From NCBI RefSeq assembly GCF_006345805.1, contig NC_043003.1, forward strand, positions 558,001 to 622,000: a stretch of DNA of 64,000 nt, written 5' to 3'. A program made the translations under genes and the position numbers. Positions 25,511 to 38,810 of the stretch are shown piece by piece; within the stretch, counting starts at the first letter, position 1, and each line of letters opens with the position of its first letter. Under the pieces are notes generated by a model. It was given only the letters and a program-made list of their open reading frames with translations. It was not told the DNA's origin and ran no database searches. Source of the DNA: Octopus sinensis (Eukaryota).

Positions 25511-27452
25511 ATATATATATATCACCTGTTGTGACCTACCTATTGGATGTTATACACTGCTAGTCACAATGCACTTCCAGGTCTTATTTCGTTGTACCCT
25601 TTTCTTCCATTTGGCCCAAGACTATATCAGATTACAATTTGATTACAGTTAAACAAATTGTTTAACTAAATTGTTTTTTCTATCATTGTGGAGGCCTTTT
25701 TTTTTATCTCTTGGATACCAGTCAGCAACTGCATGGGTCCACCTGTTGTCTGTGAACCTTACGACATGTCTGGCCCAATTAAACATTTTTACAGTAACCT
25801 GATTGGCCATGACACAAAAGGTTCATGGAAAGAGTTATGCTAGGAATATCAATGTGAGAGCATATATCCAAAACAAGGTCACTCGACATTATAGTTTCAG
25901 GAAAATGAAAAGGTTTAGTAAAAAATCTATAAAAAAAAGTCAATATTGTGGCACTGTGAACCCATCCATTAAGTTTCAATGATTGGAATTTTCAGACCAA
26001 ATTCTTTAGCAAGTGCTACATAAATATTTTTACAAGTTACAGTTTGATCTTATCTGACACAACTGCAAATTTATAAATTTTGCTTTTCTTGAATTTTTTT
26101 CTGACTGCTTTCATAAATTGAGCTAAAAATACCATTATCATAAAGAAAGTGAGAAATCAATAAATGAACTCCAAATTACTTTCTTAGAAAAACTGAAGAT
26201 CAATGTATTCAAGTAGTAATTCCTTAAATATTAGATAATATTTTATATGATGTTTAAACAGATTACTGGAAGCAACTAGCACAATGCTCATATATCACGT
26301 ATTGTTTTGAATACAAAGATGTCAACAGCTTCAATTAACTGAAATATAACCAAAACAGAAAAATTACAAAGTCTCAAAGACTCTTTACAGATGTAATTAG
26401 ATGGTTTTAATATTACCTGCCATTCAACAATGAGTGAAATCTGTAATCTGATAAGTCTTGAAACTCTGCTCAGCAAAAATGGAAATAATTCTGGCATTCA
26501 TTGATGCCAAGTAACATTTGGGAATGTATAGTGAAGGCATCAAAATGGACAGTTCTGATTATAGCTACATATGTTTCCATAGTGTGGCTAGTTATACAAT
26601 AATCATTAATATTACATGGTGTTGCACAACTTTGCATTATTACATAATATCACCATTTCATCAGGCATTATTCATTATTGAACCTTTTATCAGCAAAAAT
26701 CAAACTGTGAAGAAATATGTCTGCTGATAAATATATTGAAAGTGGGAGTTGTCGAATTGGGACAGGAGATAATTTGAAGTGCAGTCAATCAATTTCATTT
26801 AATTAGTAAAGTAACAAAAACTGTAGTAATAATTGTAGGTGTCAAAGTTGATGAGGGAGTGGTCATGACAACCTTACACCATTTAACAGATAAATGCATT
26901 TACCAGCCAAAAGTTTACCAATGACATTTACAACAATAAACTTTCAACAGTCAACACAATAGATTTTACATTATGTATATATAATTTATGATTTAGACAT
27001 ATATATATAAATATAACACACTCGCACACTGTGTCAGACAGATACATACAAATGCATGATACAGTTTTATATGGTCTCTGATTGTTTAGATTTTAGTTGC
27101 AAATACAAGATGTGTGAAAACGTGACTTGAATTGATTGTGGAAAGTAGGTGTGGGAGGTCAGAAATCATTTGAATGATGAGCTCTGACAGGTGAGAGAAG
27201 ACAGAATTAAGATGATTGTGTTGCAGTATATCATACAGGAAGACATTGTACTGCAAGAAATGTAGGTGAATACCTCAGTTAGCGCTCCATGGGATAAACC
27301 CGGCTAACAGTATGAGAACAGCTTTGGAGCTCTGATGAGAATAGGTTTAGGTTGCTCTATTAATTAATTGATCAATTATGCATACAAACCTTTGCAAGAT
27401 GCAGATAGAGTTCCTCAAGCCATTCGAAACATAAGTAAACATATAAAGTTAT

Positions 27453-27680
27453 TTAACCCTTTAGAATTCAGGTTATTCCGTCAAATGCAATGTTTAGTTA
27501 TTCACATTGGTTTGAATTAGTCATGCATTATCTCATAGCCACAAGGTTTCATTGGTGTGATTGCTTGTTTTCACAATGACATTGTAGGGTAGGTGTGAAA
27601 GGCTGGATCTGGCAGGTTTGAATATAAAACAGGTGGAATATTTTGGCCAGATAAGGTCGGTTTAAATGCTAAAAGGTTCA
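27453..27680 (+). mobile_element. Second piggyBac-type MITE family (TIR TTAACCCTTTAGCATT); other copies ~6120-6303, 55718-55950, 61152-61345
   Basis: Shared core tgtagggtaggtgtgagaggctggatctggccagtttga..ataaaacaggtagaata and inverted ends ttaaccctttag / tttaaatgctaaagggttaa. Confidence 0.75.
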
Positions 27681-28699
27681 GAAGATAATTCTTCATTTCT
27701 GTATCTGATAGATAATGTTACACCTTCTGCCTGGTGTAGTCTGCTCTAATTCTGTTTTCCTAATTTTGGGTGTTCACTGTCTGTTTTTTCTTTTTTTTTT
27801 ATATATACCATCTTGGATATATTGTTATATCTTCATAAAAGAATGATATACAAATCAAGCCATGAAAGGAACTCAGTTTGAAGTCAGTTATTTATTTGGC
27901 TTTTTTTTTTCTCTCGAAACAACATTTCCCCACTTCTGCAGATTCTAGGTTAATGACAAGATATATACACCTTGTCTTCAAAGGTGAGCATGAGTGATCT
28001 CCTGATCTCACTGATGGGTACCAAATCTATACCTACTGACCTGAGTTCACTGAGTAAGTGACTTTGCTTCTTAGCTGACCCCAGGTCATATAAATGGTCA
28101 GGTTAGTTGGAAAAAAATGAAGTGAGAGTGGTCACTTTCCTTGAGGTATGGCTCGGTGGTTAAAATATTTGCCTCGTGATTATAAGGCTGTGAGTTTGAT
28201 ACCTGACATCATGTTGTGTCCTTGAACAAGACATTTTATTTCACATTGCTCCAGTGCACTCAGCAGGCAAAAATGAGTGGTACCTGTAATGAGTGGTACC
28301 TGTAATTCAAATTGCCAGCCTTATCACATTCTGTGTGATACTGAATCTCTGTGAGAACTATATTCAGAGTACGCATGTCTGTGGAATGCTCAGCCACTTG
28401 CATGTTAATTTCAGGAGCAGGATGTTCCATTGATTGAGTCAAATGGAACTCTTGTTGTTGTAACTGACAAAATGCCAGTTAATGGTAGAAGAGAAGAATG
28501 GGTAATCTGGTCTTTGCAGCAAGGTGGAGTTCCTTAAAATCACCAAAAGGTTCTTGCCCCCTCTATTTTGTATCATTCATGTGTCTAATGAGAATTTTTC
28601 TCTCAGCATCTTGAAGATGTCAAACGACATCTTCAACAAAATCTGCCCACTTGATAGTACTTTGGTGATGAGTTCCTCAAAGCATTCCCCTTTTATTAG

Positions 28700-28996
28700 C
28701 ATTTTTGTTTTTTGCATGTTGTGTTATGGACCTCACTGGTTCCCTGTAATTTTTGTGTCTGGCAATTGATGTTGCTGTTCTTTTTGTGTGTTTTACTGTA
28801 ATTGTGGTGTTTGTGGTTTTGTTGTTGTTGCTGGTATGGTTGTTGTTGCTGGTACGGTTGTAGGTTTGTTCTTGTTTTTGTGGTGGTTGTTGTTGTATGG
28901 TTACGTGACTGGTTGATAAACGGTTCTCTATCCTTGTGTTGGGACCACCATCTTGACCTTGTCACATGAAAAAGTTTTAAAATCAGATGTTTGAAG

Positions 28997-29049
<53 letters not shown>

Positions 29050-30400
29050 AGAGCAGTGTGAGTTCATGTGTGCGTGTGTGTGTGTGTGTGTGCTTGCTTG
29101 GGGGAAGAGTACTGGTGAGAGGCTTCTTTTGATTGTGGTAGCAAGTTCTGTTGTTGTTGGGAGGAGGAGGTGGGATTCTGTTGTTGTCACTTCTGCAGTT
29201 GCTGTTGTTGTTGTTAATGTTGTTGTTTTTGTTGGTGTGGTTGTGGTGTTAGTAACAGTGTTAGCCTTTTCTCATTCGACTTCTGCCATTGGCTGAAGGC
29301 CCTTAGGCAGTTGGTCGAATCACATGTGGGGCACCTGTGTCTTCTGCCTTCCACTCTTACAAATAACTGCTGTTTGGCAGCTTGATTGGGTCAACGACAT
29401 TTTTCAGCCTTTTCTGACTTGTCTAGATCAGGAGTTCTCTTCCTATAATCCACCGTTTTTTTTTTCATTCTGGCATAATATTTATATCACCAAGATGGTT
29501 ACCTCATCCTTCTTGTCATTCAAAATGGCTACCACTAGTTCCTGGGTTTCTATTTTATTTCTAGTGGCATATCTGCCACCCTCACCTTTACTATTTGCTG
29601 AGAATGAGGATCAAGTTCTCACCCTTAACCAGAATATTGATGTAGCTCATTGGTTTGCCTTCACAAAGGAATCTGATCACCACTGTCCCCTATTCCATGA
29701 ATGCCATGTTATTTTTTTCAATTCCACACTGCATTCAAGCAATTGCACATCCGAGTACAGACTTCCTATCCATGGACATTTTGTGCTTATGCACTTGTTG
29801 GTCATTGTACGCTTCTCGGCATTCTCCATCATCTCCAGATGTATGGCTTTGGCAGGTTTCCTTTTTGCATTCTGTACAAGGTTTCTGACTTTTCTCAGCT
29901 CCTGTTTTGCACTTCTAATTGCTCTTCTCAACTTCTGTTGCATTTGCCAAAGAATTAGTCCTTGCAGCTGCTGTTAGTATTGTTACTGTTGGTGCTGCCT
30001 TCAAAGGTGATAGAACTGCTGACCACAGTGGAAAATTGGTGGTGGTGTTTGATCCGCCAACTGGTCATTGAGTTTATGGTACTGTTATTGTCAGTCAGCC
30101 TGTGTTGTTGCTACTACTGCTTGGCAGCTTGTTGATGTTGTTGTTAACAGCTCTTTTCTCTCCAATACTATCTATGACAGGGTTAGCAGAGTGATGGTAG
30201 TGACAGTATTGCTCAACAGGGGAGAGGAAAGTTTTTCTTGGGAAAAATGCTTGAAAATAAAGGAGAGGCTTTCAGTAGTAGCTTCATCCCCCCTGCTTAC
30301 AGCACCTTTCAAACTTCCTTTCTCTTGTTGGTTGATAACCGAAAACTGAGCCATGTTGGATGTTTATATTTTTTAAAATATTTTCTGTCATCAAAAAAAA
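28700..30400 (-). mobile_element. Possible decayed gag/ORF1-like retroelement sequence
   Basis: Minus-strand QLFVRVEGRRHRCPTCDSTNCLRA (~29283-29378) looks like a broken CCHC knuckle; multiple stops and frameshifts; Q/N/T-rich tail. Confidence 0.35.
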
Positions 30401-30799
30401 AAAAAATTGTTTTTGTCTTTTAAAGTTTAGCCTAAATGGGGGAAGAAATAGAAAGAAACCCCTAAAAGAGTAAGCTACCAGTTTTCCTCCAATGTATGAA
30501 GCTGTAGCAATATGTGACACACCACCCCAGGAGGAATAATATTAAGGGTTATAATAATGATAATCCTTTCTAATACAGACACAGCAATTTTGAGGACAGG
30601 GGACATTCAGTTACATTGACCCTTGGGCTCAACTGAAAGGATGAAAAGCAAAGTCGACCTCAAAGGAATTTGAATTCAGAACACAGAGCCAGAAGCAATA
30701 CTGCTCAGCGTTTTGTTCAGTGTGCTAACGATTCTGCCAGTTCACCGCCTTAAAAGTAATAATAATAATAATAATAATAGGAATATTAAATATAACAAT

Positions 30800-31005
30800 A
30801 ATATAGACAAATGGCTGAAAGAGACTGAAATAGAGTGCATGGTAGGGTTCCAACAGAAAGTTTGTCTGTTAAGGACGGCAAGGATTATAAGGCGGGTTCT
30901 AAGCACTTGAAAGACTGCTGAAAGCTTGTGGATACTTAAGGTTATTGGTAGTACCCCACTACCCACATAAATCCTACCAGGAATAAGACCGAACCTGAGC
31001 CAACC
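30800..31005 (+). mobile_element. R4/Dong-like non-LTR retrotransposon 3' fragment inside a (TAA)n tract
   Basis: QQKVCLLRTARIIRRVLST* (stop 30908-30910) resembles the RLE-element C-terminus LQKAVLLGTARILRKVL; AAT repeats on both sides. Confidence 0.65.
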
Positions 31006-31113
31006 AAAATAATAATAGCAATAATAATAATTATAATAATAATAATATTTTAAAATGGCGGTGCCCCAGCATGGCCACAGCTCATGAGCTGAAACTGGAA
31101 AAATCAAAATCAA

Positions 31114-31177
<64 letters not shown>

Positions 31178-32587
31178 GAAATGCTAGCTGTGTTATTGTT
31201 ATTGAAATATTTGTTTTTGTCCTTTACAGTCATCAAGGAAACTAATGACCTTCGACCTATCTCTGTGGTTGTCATGTTTCTTGATATTCTCCAATTCTGT
31301 GGTGGTAGTCACAATGTTGATAAAAGTGGGTGGTCATTGAGAAGGACCTGTGCGTGTTTTATACTCAGTTGGTGGAGTTTGATATCCTACAGTTTAGTGC
31401 AGGGGTTAGGGTTAGGGAATTTTGGGTCTCCTTCATAAACATGTCTGTAACACAGCCACCAGAAAATAATACATATTAACGAAAAGAGAAGGGAGCCTCG
31501 ACATCATCCCTCAACCAACTGGAAAGAGCATCCAAATTGCCCTCAAATCACACCCTAACATCTTAAAATAATAAAAAAAGAAGATATTAGATAATTTAGT
31601 TGTAGAAATACCTGAACAGACAGGATGATCGTGGTTGGAATGTTTTGGTCATGGTTCTGCTGTATTTGCATTCATCTGAGTCAAAGAACATAGAAACTTC
31701 TTTGAATTATTCACTTCTTCTTCTCTTCTTCTTCATTCTTCTTCTTCCTTTCTTAGGTTTCTACCTTGTACCCTCTTCCTTTCCATCTTTAGCTCTCTCT
31801 CTCTCTCTCTCTCTCTCTCCCCCTCACTATATATATTTATAGTCTTTCATCTCTAATCCCATTTAAATTCTAAATCTTAAATGGTAATAGTTGTAACCGT
31901 TGTTAATTTAAATTCCTTCTTGTTCAATCATTTTTCTTATTTGTTCTGGAATATTCTCTTGTTGTTTGCCTTGTTATTTAATTATTTATCAAGATATTTG
32001 TTGTCACATGAATATATTTTTTGTAGATTTACTTTTATAGTCAATTTCTTTGTATTTTTTTTTCTTTTGCATTTTCACACTGATATTAATAAACAATTTA
32101 CAAGAAAACAAGCAATTATTGGTTTCTTACGCCTGCAAAAATTTTAATGATTGTTTTAAAATGAAGGGTGAACAATAAGTTGTAGTCTTCCTGTCTTTCT
32201 TAGGGATTATTGTCAGTGAAGAGAGACTTGTTAAAACTTATTCCTAATATCAGTTCACAAAAGTGACGCCAACACTGAGCAGGCATCTTCATTGAAGCTT
32301 CAACATTTACCTACAAGCCAAATGACGGGGAGTTCTACCTGCGTCCATCAAAGTTTATTATTTGAATCTGACATTTTCACATAAAAAGCAACCATGCTGG
32401 CACCATGTAAGAAGCACAAAGTACACTCTGTAATGTAGTTGGTATTAGGAAGGGTATCCAGGGTATTAGGAAGGGTATCCAGCCGTAGAAACCAAACCAA
32501 AACAGACAATGGAACCAGGTGTGGCCCCTGGGCCGCAGGTTCCTGCCAAGCCATCCAACCCATGCCAGCATGGAAAATGGATGTTAA

Positions 32588-32620
<33 letters not shown>

Positions 32621-34579
32621 CCTTTAGTTAGACTCTAAATAAAAAATATGGTTGGCAATCCTGATGCCAAGTCATCTCAGTATTATTCCAATCCACCACT
32701 TAGTATTTTTCATGAAATAACGATAATGCTGGATAATTCGAACCTCAAAAGTAACAACTCTGATTCTGTTACTAACTCACTGGGGAGACATTTTTGCAAG
32801 GAAGAACTGCGTTAATCCATTTTGTGTTTCTAATCAGTTACATTGTTTCCTGGTCAAGTAAGCAGCATTAAGCCAAAAATAACTGGCTGTAAAAAGGACA
32901 GAACCACTCCTGCTGGAAGTGTATAAAGTTGGTGAATTTCCCAGTTTTGGAAATAAAGTATAAGAAGAAATATATTTGTGCCAAAGTGTGGACTTTGAAA
33001 TATTTTGGTTGAACCCAAGTCCTTCTTCTTTTAGAGAATGTGTTGAGGTGGCTGGAGGAAAGTTGATGGTGAATTCCTTGAATATTTTATAATCAGAGGT
33101 ATTCGTTGACAGATAACTATCCCTAATTAAGTTTAGGGAAAGGAAAATGGAATGGTGATATAACTCAACCAAGAGTAGTCTCAGCTCTGATGGAGTTCCC
33201 ATTGGTCATCTCTCAGTATATTGGCTAAAATGGAATGAAAAGTAATCTTACCAGTTGCAAACTCAGAGTAGTAAAGTTGCTAAATTAGATGTAGTAAAGC
33301 CTTCAACCCACTGCTGTCTCGGCCATCTCAATTGCACTTCAAGCTAATAATACTTTATTTTGTATTAAAACAAAAAAATAGCATTTCATAATATTTATTA
33401 ACTTGGTGAAGCAATTCTCTCCTTTCTGCTTTGACCTTTTTTTAAAAACATTTTGAATTGTGAGTAATGATCTTCCAGTGTGTCTTAGTAGATAGAACTG
33501 CATGTTTTTTTCTTTTATTTATCCAACGATTGTGAGTCGATGCGTGTCAGGTGTCTGTCTGTGCGTGTGGCAATGAGTTTAGTGGCTTCAATTGCATTTA
33601 TCGAATGATAGAATGACTTAGAGAACGTTGCATTTACTTATTTGTTGATTTAGAGCTAACTTTGTAATAGAAGAAGAATTGTTCAGCTTTAGGTTTCTCT
33701 TAACATCTCTCCCTCTCTCTTTCTCTCTCTTTTTCTCACTGATTTCAAACAACTAATTTAGTGTAGTTCAAATTTTGTCTCTAATTGTCTTTATTCTCTT
33801 TTCCTTTATTCCTTTTTCATACTCTTTTACCGTTTTTGTTGCCTTTTCTTTTTTTTCTTTTTCTTTTTTTTTGCTGTTATCTGGTTTTCTTGGTGTGCCT
33901 TTTCAGAAATGTCTTCTTAACATTGCATCGAAATGGTATATACAAAGTGTGACTAGAACTGTATTTTATTTTCCTAAGTCGTTAAGATTGAAGCAGAAAG
34001 GCACTGCTCAGACCCTGTGGTAGCCCTCTCAGATCGGAAGATGAGGTGAGACTGATGTATTTAATGCCAAACTTTGGGAGGCAAAGGTTATTGTGTTGTG
34101 AGAATACTTGGAAACTGAAGAGAGTTCATTCAGAGCAGCAGTGACTAAAATTGAAGTACTGTATATAATGGTTCATCAGGATATACTGTATATAATGGTT
34201 CATCAGGATATGTATATATATGGTAGGGAGATGAGAATTAAAGAAGTGGGTGCAACATGGTAGATTTGAAGGGAGTTGGAGATGCAAGACCAAAACCCAT
34301 CTTATTAACTTTAATTGATGGTAGCCTGATGATTGCAAGAACTCTAGAGACTATCTTCACTAAACTCACCAAGCTTTCTTAATGATTCCTCATATGATAG
34401 AATATCACAGCAGATCAATTATGATGTTCTGTCTGAAGAGGTTAAGTAACTTTACTAAACAAGTATCAATTGATTTTTATTACCATATTTGATGGCATAT
34501 AAGACACATTTTCTTCAAAAAAGGAAAAAAAAATGTCTCAAAAATTCACCCTGGGTCCTATATGAAAAATTAAGCTTAT

Positions 34580-35025
34580 ATTCTTTTCTACTCCAGGCAC
34601 AAGGCCTGAAATTTTGGGGGAGGGGTTTAGTCAATTAGATCAACCCAAGTACGCAACTAGTACTTAATTTATCGACCCCGAAAGGATGAAAGGCAAAGTC
34701 AACCTCGGCAGAATTTGAACCCGGAACATAAAGACAGACGAAATACCGCTAAGCACTTCACCCGGCGTCCTAACGGTTCTGCCAGCTCACTGCCTTACTT
34801 TTAGAATAATATTCCTTTCTACTCTAGGTGCAAGGCCCAAAAGTTTGGCGGAGGAGACCAGTCAATTAGATTGATCTCAGTATGCAACTGGTACATAATT
34901 TATTGACTCCGAAAGGATGAAAGGCAAAGTCAACCTTGGCAGAATTTGAACTCAGAACATAGGACAGATGAAATACCACTAAGCATTTTGCCCGGCATGC
35001 TAACAGTTCTGCCAGCTCCTCACCG
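34580..35025 (-). mobile_element. Two tandem copies of SINE family B (head ggcgagctggcagaa..gttagc, core gttctgagttcaaattc..gactttgcctttcatcc)
   Basis: Homologous copies at ~12565-12745, 15175-15375, 30560-30750, 39560-39715, 46525-47170, 52905-53110, 53715-53905, 63185-63610. Confidence 0.8.
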
Positions 35026-38000
35026 CCTTAAAGTCAGGCCTATGTTACATACGTTAACCCTCTAAAAAGTTTGTTTCCTGCTTGTGTGTTACTGGAATTG
35101 GGATGCATCTAATATGCTTATGTGTCTTTTATCCCATCAGATGTGGTAATTAAAATATTGCTAATGAGAAATTCTTTGATCTGCATCGAATCATTAATAA
35201 ATAAAATAGACATCAGTAAAGCTGATTATCAAATTACTTAATTTCTCCATCTGCTCACATTTTGTGTAGTTGGGAGTAAAACCAGAAGCTGACCATTCTA
35301 TATTGACTCAATATAGAATGTGTGTTTATTAGTCCCACCAACAGGTTTAAGGGAAATTTTAAAGGATTTTGTAATTTAGATCTTAACTTCAAAACTACAA
35401 TATTGAATTAACTAAGCCATACTAATTAATTAGTTAAATTAAATATTACAAACTGACCAACATAGTTAAGTATTTATTTGTTATTTGGCCAGTGCTTACA
35501 TTATAATATTTTTGTTCATAAACCATAGAATTCATTTAAATCTCACTGTTTAGGAAATTCCTCAAAGATTATTGATGGCTGTACGGCATCTATAATCTGT
35601 CTCTCCACAATATCATTCCTTTCTGTTATTCACCTGCAAATGTCTTGTATTTAAGCTATTCACACTCTTTGTATTGCTACAGTAATAAAGAACTACTTTC
35701 TAATAATAGCTCAGAGTCTTTAGACATTCTTGTAAACTTTCCATTTACTCTTTGAGAAGTCTCTTCATTTTATACTATTACGCTTTGACTACTTTCTCTA
35801 TACATTGCAAAGCACTGATTTCAATTATGTAAATTCATACCGTCTGTTTTGAAGTTCTTTTCCAAGAAATCACCTTCCAATAGTTATTCTTCTATAACTC
35901 TCTGCCTCACTAGCTTGTTTCACACAAGCTTGCCATGACACGTAATTGCTTTGATATTTATCTTCTGAGAAATAACTGGCATCTCACATATATCAACTGT
36001 TTTCCTCGTTTCTTTGTGTGAGAGCAAATTTCTACAAATTCATAGATACTATCTAGTAGTTTTGGTTCCGATAGGAACCCAGATATTCGTTTTGCCTTCC
36101 TTATATGAAGTATTAATGCCCCACCCACTCATAATCCTGTTGTTTGAAAAGGAAAAGAGAAAGAATCTTTTTAACTCACATAATATTGCTATTTTCAATC
36201 TATTTTATCTTACACACATCAACTTTTAACTTGAGATTCCACTCCATATTTTCTCCATTTTCTTCTCACCAGACATATTCCAGTTTAGCCTATCTTTCCT
36301 CCCATCTTTCTTTAAGAGAATGTGTGCTCCTATCCAGTAATTGAAGACATATCCTATATATATATATATATATATATATCTTCTTCTTTTATTTTTATGA
36401 GCTTTTGCTTAATTCATAAATAAGAATTATTTTATGATTCTGGGATATTAAGCAATCTCAGTCGACCATGTGTTATACTGGTCTTATTTGTATGGAAGTT
36501 ATAATATTTAAAAATATGTTAAAATACTAGAAGATTAATTCGTTAAAAATAAATGAAGACTAGAAATATGTCTTGTTCTGTTAGTAAAAGCCAAAGTGTG
36601 ATGTTAGATTAGTGAAGATAAAGAAATGGTTAATTCATGAATGCATAATAAGGTGAGATGCAATGATGTGTACGATCTTCTCATTGATGTCATTATCTTC
36701 CCTTTTGCAAAAGTAAAGATATGAATATCGATGAGGAAGAACTGATTGTACAGTTTCTTGTCATCTTTATCAGTAACTGAATTGAATGCATCAATGGAAA
36801 TACTTTTCTAACTGCTTTGTAAGCTGTGGCCAGAACAGGGTCATTACTAGGAGAGAACTACTGAAAGGAGCAGATAAAAGTGAATGAAATTTTAAATTAA
36901 AGTGTAGGCTAAATGTAGACCCATGTCTGCTCTGGCTCATCGTCAAGGGCAACTGATATCAAGATTGATAATAATACAACCTTTTTGGGAGTGACTTATT
37001 GTCAGAGACTACATGAAATATCATTTAGTCAAACTTTATAAGATGTTGACTAATAGAAATAATCAACTGTGGGCACTTAGATGAACGATTGAACCACATG
37101 GTGTTGAAGATCTATAGAGCTGTATGTGTGTGTGTGGTTTTCTATGTGTGTGTGTGTTAGTTACAGAAACAATCTTCTAAAACTGGGAGAAAGGAGGAAG
37201 AAGCCATGGACCAGCAATCTGGTCCAGATGCTGGTTTCAGATTCTACTCCACTGAACTTTGACAAATGTCTTCTACTGTAGCCCTGGATTGACCAATGCC
37301 TTGAGTGAATTTGGCAGATGGAAACTGTGTGGCAGTCCCTGGTGTGTGTGTCTGTGTGTATCTTTGTGTTTGTCTCCTCCACTGCTTGAATATTGGTTTT
37401 GGTTTGTGTGCCTGTAACTTAGCAGATGGCAAAAAAAGACTGATAGAATTAGTACCAAGCTTAAAAAATAAGTACTGGAGATTGATTTGTTCAACTAAAC
37501 CTTTGAGGCAGTGCCACAGCATGGCCACAGTTTAATGACTGAAACATGGTAAAGTCTTGATAACTCCATTAGTTGATTAAAAAATTACTTATAAATTTGC
37601 CATATTCTAAATATCTAGAAATCTGACAGATAATTTTCCCTGGCAGTGCTCCAGCATGGCCACAGCCTTAGGACTGAAATGTATAAAAGAATAAAAGCAT
37701 AAATGCATTTGAAGCATTTTCATATCTTTATTTGCTGAAAAGTGTGCTGGAAAAAAATGGGGAGTCTGCAGTCTAAATGGTAAGGATCCTTGAAAGGTTG
37801 AGACTAAAAGCAACGAGAAAGATTAAGCGCATTTGGGGATTAACTAGCATTTGGGATTAACTAAGAGAGAATAAAATGATGTCCTGACCATTGCTTTGTA
37901 TAAACAATAGAAACTCGTATCATGAAAGTAAGCTCCACCCTGGAGCATAAACTTTCAAATGCTCTGGGATCCGTTTTGATATGCCAAGCATCTTTTTCAC

Positions 38001-38647
38001 TCTTTTACTAGATAGCCTATTGTACTTGACATCTTTTCACTCTTCTTCATCTCCACTCTATCATCTCTATACCATCCTCCTCTTCATCCTCATCATCATT
38101 TCCATAGTGCTACAAACGGTGCAAACAACAACTCCGCTCCATCCTGTTTTATCTCATCTGTGAGGTTTTTCAACTCCATCACTGATCTCATACTGATTGT
38201 TTACTAGTTTCTTAATTATGTAATAACGATCTATTTATTTATCCTCATCTTCTTAGTCTCCATTCCCTTCCACATTTCTGTTAATCTGAAATTCAATAAT
38301 GGTTTTCTTTTATGGAATGTTATTGAAATGGTGGAATCAAATAACTTGACATTTAAAAATTTAGAGCGAGAAAAAAAAAAAAGAAGTGTAAAATATATTT
38401 TTTAGTATTATAAATATTATATTTGTAAATATAGAAGTATTTAAAAAAAACTTATTTTTCATAATTCATAAAGTAAGGGAAACAAATGAAATGACATACA
38501 CTCCTTCAACAATGGCAGGAAAAAAAAATCTGATCTTGATTTCTTAACTTCTAATTTCTGATATATCAAAAAATCTTATATTTAAACAAAATACAAAACA
38601 AAATACCTCAAGCTAAATCCTTTGGCTCTTTATTTTTCTCTTTATTT

Positions 38648-38649
<2 letters not shown>

Positions 38650-38712
<63 letters not shown>

Positions 38713-38810
38713 CACACACACACACATATGTATGTATATGTATATGTGCATATATATATATGTGTGTGTGTGTATGTATATATATATACATACACACACA
38801 CCACACACAC
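38650..38810. repeat. (CT)n-(CA)n-(TA)n-(TG)n compound microsatellite
   Basis: Read directly from the sequence. Confidence 0.95.

Noticed and set aside
29324-29977. 217-aa + strand ORF
   Set aside because: No recognisable domain or splice context; better explained as the antisense of a decayed retroelement.
31407-31417. (TTAGGG)2-like telomeric motif
   Set aside because: Two units only, expected by chance.
35550-36350. A-rich minus-strand block that might be a LINE relic (similar doubt for 32700-33250 and 56000-56480)
   Set aside because: Too decayed to assign a family by eye; needs a Dfam or Repbase search.
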